This document shows, in pieces, positions 40,068 to 52,072 of a stretch of 64,000 bases of DNA. The position numbers were made by a program, and so were the translations under genes. Below the pieces are notes generated by a model that was given only the letters and a program-made list of their open reading frames with translations, was not told the origin of the DNA and made no database searches. Position 1 is the stretch's first letter, and the number at the start of each line of letters is the position of its first letter. The DNA comes from Methanotrichaceae archaeon. GTDB taxonomy: Archaea; Halobacteriota; Methanosarcinia; Methanotrichales; Methanotrichaceae. The stretch covers positions 128,001-192,000 of the forward strand of contig CAWEXU010000005.1 in the NCBI GenBank assembly GCA_963813075.1. The letters are read 5' to 3'.

Positions 40068-43000
40068 ATGAAAAATGAAATCTTGATAAAAGGAGATCCA
40101 AAATGCACTCGCATAAGATCTCCGGAAACTAAATACCGAAATCATTTAAGGAATCATGTGGTGACTATTTTCATCATTTTGGCGGCTATCAGTCTTCTGG
40201 CAGTCAGCCCGGCAATGGGGCAGGCTGTCCAGGCCAGCTCATCCGGCATCTGGACCGATGTAGATGGCGGCAGATATATTTCAGGACTTGACACCAATGT
40301 GGTTCGCTGGGGTCTAGGTCAGGATGGACAGAGCGGATTGCGCTTTGATGGACTGCCTGTCAGCTCCACTTTCGGGCAGGAGTTCTGTCTGGGAAAGCTT
40401 ACCCATTACAACTACCCAATTAGTTATGCGGCTAGCAGGAGCTACATTACAGGTCACAATGCACTTCACGAATCCCTCATTAGGCGATGTCTACTTCACA
40501 TATGATATGGCCATTGATGAAACGGCCAACAGCGGCGATTGTGACGATTGCGCATATAGCCCATGCTCCGTTCCGTGTCCAGACAAAATAACCTGGCCTG
40601 CGACCCCCCCGGCAGATCAGAACTTTACCATCGGTAGTGATACATACACCCTGCAAATAGTGGGTATCAAGGATGCATGTGAAGGCGGATCTTCGCTTCC
40701 ATACTTTATAACCCAAGAATACAAGAATAACGTTGGATATCTTGTGGGAAGAATCGTTCTAACCAGCAGACCTGATGCAATCGACGACTTCTACAGCACA
40801 AAGACGAATATGCCCTTAACTGTGGCAGCTCCAGGTGTGCTTGGAAACGATTTTGAAAAGAGTGGATTGGATCTTGATGTCGTTAGTTACACACAGCCTG
40901 CACACGGTACAGTCACAGTAGACCTCGAAACCGGATCGATGACTTATACTCCCAATGCAGACTTCTGTGGTACAGATACCTTCACCTATGAGATAACGAA
41001 TGGCCAGGGCAAGTTCGACGAAGCCACAGTGACAATCACAGTTGTCTGCGACGATAACAACAAATGCACAATTGATGCCTGCGTCGATGGTATATGCACC
41101 CATACGGAAGTAAACTGCGACGATGGCAATATCTGTACCGACGATAGCTGCGATCCAGCTACAGGCGAATGCATCCATGAGGATAACACCGCACCATGCG
41201 ACGACGGCAACGCCTGTACCGAGAATGATGTCTGTGTTGAAGGGGAATGTACTGCAGGCACACCTCTGACCTGCAATAATGGACTGTTCTGCGATGGCCT
41301 AGAGACCTGCGATGCAATCAATGGTTGCCAGGATGGAGCTGATCCGTTAGTAGATGATGGCGTAGCCTGTACCGACGACTCATGCGATGAGACAGCTGAC
41401 AAAGTTGTGCACACACCGGTCGATTCTCGCTGCTCGGACGATGATGTCTGTAACGGCATCGAGACATGCGATCCAGCAACTGGCTGTACAAACCCAGACG
41501 ATTTGGTCTGCAATAATGGACTGTTCTGCGATGGCCTAGAGACCTGCGATGCAATCAATGGTTGCCAGGATGGAGCTGATCCGTTAGTAGATGATGGCGT
41601 AGCCTGTACCGACGACTCATGCGATGAGACAGCTGACAAAGTTGTGCACACACCGGTCGATTCTCGCTGCTCGGACGATGATGTCTGTAACGGCATCGAG
41701 ACATGCGATCCAGCAACTGGCTGTACAAACCCGGATGATCTGGTCTGCAATAATGGACTGTTCTGCGATGGCCTAGAGACCTGCGATGCAATCAATGGTT
41801 GCCAGGATGGAGCTGATCCGTTAGTAGATGATGGCGTAGCCTGTACCGACGACTCATGCGATGAGACAGCTGACAAAGTTGTGCACACACCGGTCGATTC
41901 TCGCTGCTCGGACGATGATGTCTGTAACGGCATCGAGACATGCGATCCAGCAACTGGCTGTACAAACCCGGATGATCTGGTCTGCAATAATGGACTGTTC
42001 TGCGATGGCCTAGAGACCTGCGATGCAATCAATGGTTGCCAGGATGGAGCTGATCCGTTAGTAGATGATGGCGTAGCCTGTACCGACGACTCATGCGATG
42101 AGACAGCTGACAAAGTTGTGCACACACCGGTCGATTCTCGCTGCTCGGACGATGATGTCTGTAACGGCATCGAGACATGCGATCCAGCAACTGGCTGTAC
42201 AAACCCAGACGATCTGGTCTGCAATAATGGACTGTTCTGCGATGGCCTAGAGACCTGCGATGCAATCAATGGTTGCCAGGATGGAGCTGATCCGTTAGTA
42301 GATGATGGCGTAGCCTGTACCGACGACTCATGCGATGAGACAGCTGACAAAGTTGTGCACACACCGGTCGATTCTCGCTGCTCGGACGATGATGTCTGTA
42401 ACGGCATCGAGACATGCGATCCAGCAACTGGCTGTACAAACCCAGACGATCTGGTCTGCAATAATGGACTGTTCTGCGATGGCCTAGAGACCTGCGATGC
42501 AATCAATGGTTGCCAGGATGGAGCTGATCCGTTAGTAGATGATGGCGTAGCCTGTACCGACGATTCATGCGACGAGACAGCTGACAAAGTTGTGCACACA
42601 CCGGTCGATTCTCGCTGCTCGGACGATGATGTCTGTAACGGCATCGAGACATGCGATCCAGCAACTGGCTGTACAAACCCAGATGATCTGGTCTGCAATA
42701 ATGGACTGTTCTGCGATGGCCTAGAGACCTGCGATGCAATCAATGGTTGCCAGGATGGAGCTGATCCGTTAGTAGATGATGGCGTAGCCTGTACCGACGA
42801 CTCATGCGATGAGACAGCTGACAAAGTTGTGCACACACCGGTCGATTCTCGCTGCTCGGACGATGATGTCTGTAACGGCATCGAGACATGCGATCCAGCA
42901 ACTGGCTGTACAAACCCAGACGATCTGGTCTGCAATAATGGACTGTTCTGCGATGGCCTAGAGACCTGCGATGCAATCAATGGTTGCCAGGATGGAGCTG

Positions 43001-44377
43001 ATCCGTTAGTAGATGATGGCGTAGCCTGTACCGACGACTCATGCGATGAGACAGACTGACAAAGTTGTGCACACACCGGTCGATTCTCGCTGCTCGGACG
43101 ATGATGTCTGTAACGGCATCGAGACATGCGATCCAGCAACTGGCTGTACAAACCCAGACGATCTGGTCTGCAATAATGGACTGTTCTGTGATGGCCTAGA
43201 GACCTGCGATGCAATCAATGGTTGCCAGGATGGAGCTGATCCGTTAGTAGATGATGGCGTAGCCTGTACCGACGATTCATGCGACGAAGAAAACGACGTA
43301 GTTGTGCACGCACCAAACGACGGCTTATGCTCGAACAATGACGTCTGTGACGGTATCGAGACCTGCGATCCAGTCGCTGGCTGCCAGCCAGGCACACCTC
43401 TGACCTGCGATAACGGTCTGTTCTGCGATGGTCTGGAAAGCTGCGATCCAGTCGATGGCTGCCTGCCCGGAACCGCTCCGAACTGCGATGACGGCGTAGC
43501 CTGTACCACGGACTCCTGCAACGAGGATGCGGACAGCTGCGATAATGTTGCCGACGACACAAAATGCGATGATAGTGATGCCTGCACTATAGACACCTGT
43601 GATGCAGAGCTAGGCTGTCAGCATGAAGATGTAATCTGCGATGACCGCAATCTCTGCACCACTGATGAGTGCGTTGACGGCGCCTGTGTCTACACGCCCG
43701 TAGACTGCGATGACGGCGACACCTGCACCGCAGACAGCTGCGACCCAGCAACAGGTGACTGCATCAACACCCCCATAAACTGCAACTGTCCGGAGGCAGA
43801 GGATGACGAGTTCGGCCTGATTTATACCAGCACCTGCAGCCCCCTGGCCATCTCCATATCTGATGGCGTTCTGACAAACGACTTCGACCTTGATGAAGAC
43901 GACCTTACGGTAGAGCTTCTGGAGGGGCCAAGCCACGGCACTCTCACCCTGAATCCCGATGGCTCTTTCACCTACAAGCCTGCTCGGGGCTTTATCGGCA
44001 TAGATAGCTTCACCTACCGGGCCTTTGACGGAGAGTGCTACTCCGAGCCGGCGACGGTTACGATCTATGTGGCCAAATGCCCCTGGTTCATCAAGAATGA
44101 GCTGTATTCGGCAGCCTGTGGAGCAGATAAGGTAGTTGCGGCAAGCGAAGGGCTTCTGGCCAATGATGCTACCGCGATTGCAATTGTGAATCCAGAACTG
44201 ATCACAATTGATCCTCAGTACGGAACTATAGACGTTGCTGAAGATGGCTCATTTGTCTACCATGCGGCCGAGAGCATCACTTCAGGCACATATGTGCAGT
44301 TCAAGTACACTGCAACCAATGGAGTCTGCGAGGCCAAGTATCAGGGAATCGCCAAGATACAGGTAGTATGCTCGTGA
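40068..44377 (+). CDS. Large secreted Cys-rich tandem-repeat protein 2 (choice-of-anchor-K-like N-domain, Ig-like domain, Cys repeats, two Ig-like domains); +1 frameshifts near 40437 and 43054
   Basis: Three consecutive ORFs join after removing single bases. The one near 43054 is shown by the repeat itself (ACAGACTGAC versus ACAGCTGAC). PGVLGND/HGT/GTDTFTY Ig-like motifs. Confidence 0.88.
41272..43168 (+). repeat. 8 x 237-bp near-identical coding tandem repeat (79 aa, 10 Cys), followed by a partial ninth unit
   Basis: Units differ by only a few synonymous bases; antisense 78-aa ORFs recur every 237 nt. Confidence 0.95.
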
Positions 44378-44831
44378 GAGCAGAAAGGACCTGGGTCCTT
44401 TCTTCTTTTTTTGCAGGGAAGATTCTATTATGGCTGATAGCTGTTTTTGGTATCCGTCGACTTGGCATTCTGAGTGGGTAACGGATCATGAGTTCTATCA
44501 GTGACATGTTCTCCGTGCGCTCTGTGTCTCCAGCCTGAAAAACTCGGTTAACGCATACTGTTTTTTCATGCCTTGGGGATCACAAAAGTTCACAGAGTGC
44601 GTGCAGAGACGAACTAAAACGGCCAAAAACATAGTAACCTGATTTTAGCCCACAAGAAACAGAACCGCGAAGAGCTTTTTAGACTCTGTTATTAATATTA
44701 AGCTAAAAATTGAACGAAAAAAGAGGATACGCACAGGATTCTGCAAGGGGCTATGGGGGATTAGTCCCACCCCCTGCAGTCTGCTGGTCAGAAAGCCAGC
44801 AGATCTCCTATAGATAAATCGTCCGATGAGA

Positions 44832-46416
44832 TTATTTGTCCGAGAACATCGTCTCCGACCGGCTTTCATTCAGTTCCCTCGAGCAGAACGATGGCTCCTC
44901 TTTGAATCCGCAGCATAAGAGGTCCTTCACCGCTTCAGGACTGCGTGCGTTAGTGTCATTGGTGGCGAAGTGGGACTCTCTGACGATCTCGCCGTTCATG
45001 AGCATGGTGGGCGAGCTGGTTATCTTGAAGCTGGTCGTCAGATCGAAGTCCTCCTGGGCATAGGCCAGGCCGCGGGCGGAGTCGTTGGTGCAGGCGTCAA
45101 GCTCCTTTTGGTTAATGGAGACCGATTCGAGGCACTCTGCTGTATTGCCTTCCTTCATATAGCAACGCACATAATCCCAGTACCTGTCAGTCTGCTCCTC
45201 CCGGATGCATATCTGGCGCAGGTTCTCCTGGGCCTCCACCTCGCCGTGCATGGCCCTAATGGTGTTGTTTTCGGGGTCCACCTCGCCGATGTACATCACC
45301 TTCAGGTATTCTTCTGTCTCCTGTGCATCGCTGATGATATCCGCCATGATCCTTTGCATCTGCAGACCGAAGGGACACCGGGATACCACGAAGGCCTGGA
45401 GGAGAGGCTGGTCTGACTTGTTCATCTTGATACAGGCCTCTTCTGGTGTCAGCTTGAGCTGGGCGAGTGGGAGGGACACATTGCTCAAGTTCAGGCCGGG
45501 CTCTATCTCCTTCAGCCTTGCCACAATGGTAGCCTTATCCTTGTTGCCCTGCACAATTCCCGAGAACTCGCCGTCCTTGAAAATGAGGGTGGCGGGAATG
45601 CCGGTGATGTTGTATTTCTCTCTGGTCTGGACGTTAAGCCTGGTGTCTATCAAACCCAGGGCCATCTGCCCATTGAGCTCTCCGGCCAGTTCCGAAATTG
45701 TGTCATTGAACAGCTCACAGTAAGGGCAGGGATTGGTGAATCCCACTACCACCAGCAATGGCTGGTACTGAGAGATGGCTGAATCTATGTTCTTGTCTGT
45801 GATCAGCATGGCCTGAGATGAATTGCTTATCCCTGGCCCGATAAGCTCTATGGCCCCTCCTTGAGGCCGATTGGCTGAAGCGGAGCCAGCGACAGCTTCG
45901 GTTTTTTCCTTTGTCCGGTTAATTGGCGGGAGCTCTACCCGGCTTAGCATCCAGTTCTGGCTGGAGTTCTTTTAGCTCATCCAGGAGATCTGATTTGCTG
46001 ATATTGCCTTTCATCCTGCTGACCAGAACCCCTTCCTGGAAGAAAAGGAGTGTGGGGAAGGATGAAATCTTGTAGTCCCGGACGGTGTTTCTGCTCTCTC
46101 CGCTCCTGGCGTTAATCCTGCCGAACTGGACCTGCCCATGAAGTTCATTTTCCAGCTCTAATATGGTATTATTCATGAATTGGCATGGGCCGCACCCTGG
46201 ATAATAGAAGTCCAGGACGAACATGGAGCTGTTGTTCAGCATGGATGCCATCTTCAGATCAGTCAGTTCCATTGGATCTTTGATCTGATCTGCAATAGTT
46301 GCGGGGGGTAATGATTTTGACTCCTCTGCAGGGAGGAATCTCAACACCGTTGCAGATATCAGCAGTAGGGCAATCAAGGCGATTATGCCAATTTTGTGGC
46401 TCCTCAGGAGAGGCAT
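44832..46416 (-). CDS. Second multi-thioredoxin paralog: Trx(CGPC)-Trx(CPYC)-GILT/DsbA-like; +1 frameshift near 45945
   Basis: Colinear with 38088-39668 after joining ORFs 45919-46416 and 44832-45950. Confidence 0.88.
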
Positions 46417-46553
46417 ACTGTCACATGAGTACCTGCGAATATATTAGCATTTCCAGTGAGGCATCCATTAAATCAAAAATAGTTAAAAATGCATCACGTG
46501 CTATGTTATCGATTTTCTTGAATATTATATCAAAAAAGCTGAATTGACAGGAT

Positions 46554-46614
46554 CAGGAATATACCAATACCAGGATTATACCATGAGTATACCATGAGTA
46601 TACCAGGAATATAC
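46554..46614. repeat. Five 11-bp repeats CA(G/T)GA(A/T/G)TATAC
   Basis: caggaatatac-caatac-caggattatac-catgagtatac-catgagtatac-caggaatatac. Confidence 0.85.
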
Positions 46615-46720
46615 CAGAAGGACTTAATCCAGCAAATCGCCTTTTGATGAGGATTTCTTTAATATCAAACTCAATAATCACTGTAGAATAGATTTTCGCA
46701 ACAGAGGACACCGGGAAGCT

Positions 46721-46990
46721 CTAATTTTCGTCTTCTTTTGGATTCTCTCCGGCATTGAGTATGGTGCATATCTCTGTAAGACACAATAGCATCTTTTCGC
46801 CAGATGGGGTGATCTTGTATAACTTTTCATCTTTTATCAAATAGCCATTCTCAGTCAGCCAGTTGAGATATGCGCCAGCGTTTTTGAAGTTGAGGTTGAT
46901 CTGATAGACTATCCTTGTTTTGCTCGCACCATTCTTCCCGCAGAGATTCAGAATGCTGCTCAGCACCTCCAACCTGGTCCGCCTTGCCAT
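46721..46990 (-). CDS. Small archaeal winged-helix regulator
   Basis: RRTRLEVLSSIL...SKTRIVYQINLNF...YKITPSG. Confidence 0.88.
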   Translation of the reverse strand: MARRTRLEVLSSILNLCGKNGASKTRIVYQINLNFKNAGAYLNWLTENGYLIKDEKLYKITPSGEKMLLCLTEICTILNAGENPKEDEN

Positions 46991-47080
46991 CTCAATCCTC
47001 TCAAAAAATATTTGACAGTATCATGTTTTGAATGCTGATAAATCTTTCGTAAAAAAACAGGATTCTCAAGAGCTGACGAA

Positions 47081-47536
47081 TCAGATCTGCAATAAGGCGA
47101 CAATCTTGCCGTCGAGCTCTTGGGCAGACTTTTGCAACCTTGGATCCTCAATTGACATCAGCTTTGCCAGGTCTCTTCTCAGAGGGCCGAGGACCAGATA
47201 TGCCTCCTTGCCCCTGGCGGCAGATGTAATTTCCTGGAGCCTCTCCAGCCTCTGCATCATGTCATCCGGTCCATGCAATAGATCGGACAGCTCTTTTAAT
47301 GCTCTGGCCACCTGTCTTCCCCGGTCGGTCAGCTCCAGGTATCTTACCCTCCCCTCCGGCCGGGAGGTCATCAGCCCATGCTCCTCCAGCTCGCGGATGA
47401 TGCTTGAGGTATGGGGGAAGGTGGAGTCTATGTGCTTGGCGATCTGCGCGGCATAAACCGGCTCCATCTCGCTTATGGCCAGGAGGGCAAGAGACGGCTT
47501 CTCCCTGAGGAAAAGCCGCTCTAAAGGCTCTTTCAT
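47081..47536 (-). CDS. MarR-like winged-helix protein
   Basis: YAAQIAKHIDSTFPHT...GRVRYLELTDRG. Confidence 0.82.
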   Translation of the reverse strand: MKEPLERLFLREKPSLALLAISEMEPVYAAQIAKHIDSTFPHTSSIIRELEEHGLMTSRPEGRVRYLELTDRGRQVARALKELSDLLHGPDDMMQRLERLQEITSAARGKEAYLVLGPLRRDLAKLMSIEDPRLQKSAQELDGKIVALLQI

Positions 47537-47563
47537 CTTCGCTTCAGGAACGGTACCTGCTCT

Positions 47564-48535
47564 TCACTCAGTCTCCTGGTCATCCTCAGCCTGGATCTGG
47601 ACCGGCCTGATGACAACGGCATCAAGGGCTTCGGCCGGCGGGGTGATGGTCAATTGCTTATCAAAGTCGTAGTAGGTGTCGGTTGTCTCCACGCTGACCT
47701 CGACCGCTCCCATCTCTATCGATTCATTGAACATGGTCATCTGGCTGGTGTTGATGTCCAGACCGCCGATGATCATTGGCGTCATGGTGTAGCCCATTTT
47801 GCTCTGGTATTTAACCGGGAGATAGGTGCTCTTGGAGATCCAGAGGGTCTTCTCCATCATTCCGGTCTCATTCAGCTCTGTTCTATTGACAGAGGGCATG
47901 AGCATGGGATAGGAGACCAGACTGGCAGCCATGCTGAATGCGTTATCGTAGATGGCATTATTATTCTCTGCCTCTGTGGTTATAATCCGCAGCTTGTAGG
48001 CATCTGTGCCGTCGATGTTCTCCGAGCCTGCCACTTCCACCTGGGAGAGATTGAAGGTCTCGGCCATGGCCATTACCTGGTTATTTCTGCCCAGTCCCCA
48101 GATCTCCTCTGAAGTCCTTGGATCCAGAAGGCTGGTCCAGTTGCCGCTCTCATCCATGATATAGGTCGAGTTGCCCAATTGATAGACATCGGCTTCGGTG
48201 GTGGTGGTGTTCTTCTCCAATCCAGGCTGCTCTGCCTCGATGGTGGTTGAGCCCTTGGCATGGGCCTGCTGGCCAGCGAGGTTCACAATAGCGGTGGTCT
48301 CTGCGCCCTCTTTGATTATGGTTGCATTCTCTGGAGTGGCATTTGCCCCTATGGCATTGAGCGTTCTGGTGCGGGACATTGTGCTCTGCAGGCTGTAGCT
48401 GGTCAGGTTCTCTGCCGCGGATAAGGAGAGTACCTTCAGCTCTTCTATGCTCTTTTCCGGCTGATCCTGGGTTTCCGTACAGCCGGATATGGCCAGGGCA
48501 GCCAATATCAGAATTATCATCAGCAATCTCTTCAT
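47564..48535 (-). CDS. Lipoprotein of unknown function
   Basis: Lipobox-like LAISGC after a hydrophobic signal. Confidence 0.8.
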   Translation of the reverse strand: MKRLLMIILILAALAISGCTETQDQPEKSIEELKVLSLSAAENLTSYSLQSTMSRTRTLNAIGANATPENATIIKEGAETTAIVNLAGQQAHAKGSTTIEAEQPGLEKNTTTTEADVYQLGNSTYIMDESGNWTSLLDPRTSEEIWGLGRNNQVMAMAETFNLSQVEVAGSENIDGTDAYKLRIITTEAENNNAIYDNAFSMAASLVSYPMLMPSVNRTELNETGMMEKTLWISKSTYLPVKYQSKMGYTMTPMIIGGLDINTSQMTMFNESIEMGAVEVSVETTDTYYDFDKQLTITPPAEALDAVVIRPVQIQAEDDQETE

Positions 48536-48566
48536 ATCATCATCTCTTAATAAATCACAATAAATC

Positions 48567-49481
48567 TCATCTCTTGGCCTTGAACTTTTCTCCTGTGATC
48601 ATCTCGAACAGCCGGATGTAAATCAGGCTGGTCTCTTTGATCACATCATCAGGAAGGGCAGGTATTGCAGGCTCCGCTTGCCCCTGTTCCCTGGCCTGAT
48701 ATAGAAGGTCTTTGTAGCCCGTCTGCCGATAGTACTGGCGCACATACTCCTTGGAGAGGTCCACCAGTTCGCCTTCCTCGTAGCGCTTTTTATCCCAGAA
48801 CCGGTCCTCGTCTGCTGTTCCATAGACATCGACTACCATTATATTCCGATCAGCATCGAAGGCAAGCTCTTTTTTGCCGTCTGCATGGATCAGGCCGCGG
48901 CTGGCAACGCTCCGGTTGATATCCTCATCGATCTTAAGGACGATCTCCCGAGCATCCTCATACTCCTTAGGCGTCAGGCCGGATATCTCTAGAGCCTCTT
49001 CCTTCTTCAATAGGCGGTCGGTCTTTTCCAGTTTGGTAGAGACCTCCAGAAAGGGTTCGGGCAGAAGCTCGCCGGATCGGACGGTATGCCCGGAGGGAAA
49101 ACCCAGATCCTGGGCGGTTATATCTCCCGATTCCACCCGGTCGAAGAGAGAGCCGGCCACATACCAGCGGCAGATCCATTCCAGGGGAATGAGATAGTTC
49201 CTGGATTGGGGGGTGATTTTAGACGAGGGGATTATCTCCACTTTGTGGCAGAGCATGCCGGCTGGCGGCAGATACTGCAGAAAGTGGGTCTTGATTCCCA
49301 TTCTCTTCGCCCGATCAAACCAGTAGACGCCCTCCCGGCTGAGGGTCTCTCCTTTGAAGGGAATAATGGAAGGAATTATCTTATCGAAGACGGAGATATT
49401 GTCGGTAAACTGAAACTCCAGTCGGTCGCCCAGGTCGTATGCCTCTTTGACCTTGCCTTTCATCAGAAGCGTGCGTTCCAT
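48567..49481 (-). CDS. purC: SAICAR synthetase
   Basis: KGKVKEAY, FTDNISVFD, IPFKG, PLEWICR, DGKKE, DEDRFW. Confidence 0.93.
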   Translation of the reverse strand: MERTLLMKGKVKEAYDLGDRLEFQFTDNISVFDKIIPSIIPFKGETLSREGVYWFDRAKRMGIKTHFLQYLPPAGMLCHKVEIIPSSKITPQSRNYLIPLEWICRWYVAGSLFDRVESGDITAQDLGFPSGHTVRSGELLPEPFLEVSTKLEKTDRLLKKEEALEISGLTPKEYEDAREIVLKIDEDINRSVASRGLIHADGKKELAFDADRNIMVVDVYGTADEDRFWDKKRYEEGELVDLSKEYVRQYYRQTGYKDLLYQAREQGQAEPAIPALPDDVIKETSLIYIRLFEMITGEKFKAKR

Positions 49482-49550
49482 TGCAGGAGATGTCTCCGGC
49501 AAGATAATAATCCTTTGCTTTTCGGGGAAAAAAGAGATGAGGGAAAGGAC

Positions 49551-51185
<1,635 letters not shown>

Positions 51186-51355
51186 TTAATCTCCTCCGTT
51201 GTATTAGATCAAAGCGTGATATCCGGTGTTTGAACTTCTATATGAATGTTTTGATAAATGATAAATGAAAAAGGATTCGAGGGGCCAGCACGATGGGCAA
51301 ATCGATTCGCGTGTCCTGAGATCCTCGGATCCCATCCGATTTCTGCCCCTGCATG

Positions 51356-52072
51356 CTATGCTTTCCAGAGATCGGACTCCAGCTCCTCCAGCGCCCTGAT
51401 GACTCCTTCTGCCGCCATCTGGAGGAAGGCCTTCCCCTTCTCGGGAGTGGCCGGGGATGGGTTTCCCATGATCCCATTTCCCATCAGGTGACGGACACTT
51501 TTCATTATCAGGAATCGGGGCATCTGGGGAAAATGCTCTTCTGGCTTTCCTTTCACCAGATCGCTGCGAATGGCCATCATCATTGAGGTCTCTGTCTCTC
51601 CGGCATGCCCGTCATGCGGCGTTTCCACTGCTGCCGGGTCGATCAGGTCAAACAATGATACCAGGCTGATCTGCAGGTCGCGCTCCTGCAATGCCATCTG
51701 AGAGGCCTCTTTCAGGGCGGATAAATGCTGGCTCCCGGCATGGCCGGTGAGGATCAGCACCTTTTTGAATCCACTGTCTGCAAATGAAATCAGGATATCT
51801 TTAACATATGAGCGCAGGGCATCGGGGCCCACGGTGATGGTGCCGGGAAAGCCGCGGGTGCTGCGGCAGACCCCGTAGTGGATGGGTGGAGCCAGGAACA
51901 CCTCCCGCCTCTGGGCAACAGCGCGCGCCGTCTCCAGGGCCTGGATGGTATCGGTGAATGTGGGGAGGTGAGGGCCATGCTCCTCAGTCGCTCCCACCGG
52001 CAGGATCACCGTCCTGCTCTCCTTCTGTCCCTCCTCGATCTCCTGCCAGCTCATCTCCTCCAGGAGCTTCAT
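51356..52072 (-). CDS. Creatininase/creatinine amidohydrolase family protein
   Basis: PVGATEEHGPHLP...D, GHAG, HAGETETS. Confidence 0.9.
   Translation of the reverse strand: MKLLEEMSWQEIEEGQKESRTVILPVGATEEHGPHLPTFTDTIQALETARAVAQRREVFLAPPIHYGVCRSTRGFPGTITVGPDALRSYVKDILISFADSGFKKVLILTGHAGSQHLSALKEASQMALQERDLQISLVSLFDLIDPAAVETPHDGHAGETETSMMMAIRSDLVKGKPEEHFPQMPRFLIMKSVRHLMGNGIMGNPSPATPEKGKAFLQMAAEGVIRALEELESDLWKA

Noticed and set aside
34296..43168. Repeat arrays as possible CRISPR arrays or DGR template/variable repeats
   Set aside because: Contiguous in-frame coding repeats with no unique spacers; no cas or reverse transcriptase gene; differences are not adenine-specific.
40986..43214. 742-aa antisense ORF and seven 78-aa antisense ORFs
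   Set aside because: Produced by the 237-bp repeat periodicity; no independent coding evidence.
33567..44377. Cys-rich proteins as multiheme cytochromes or polyferredoxins
   Set aside because: No CxxCH or CxxCxxCxxxC motifs; Cys spacing is Cx5Cx4-5Cx4-5C.
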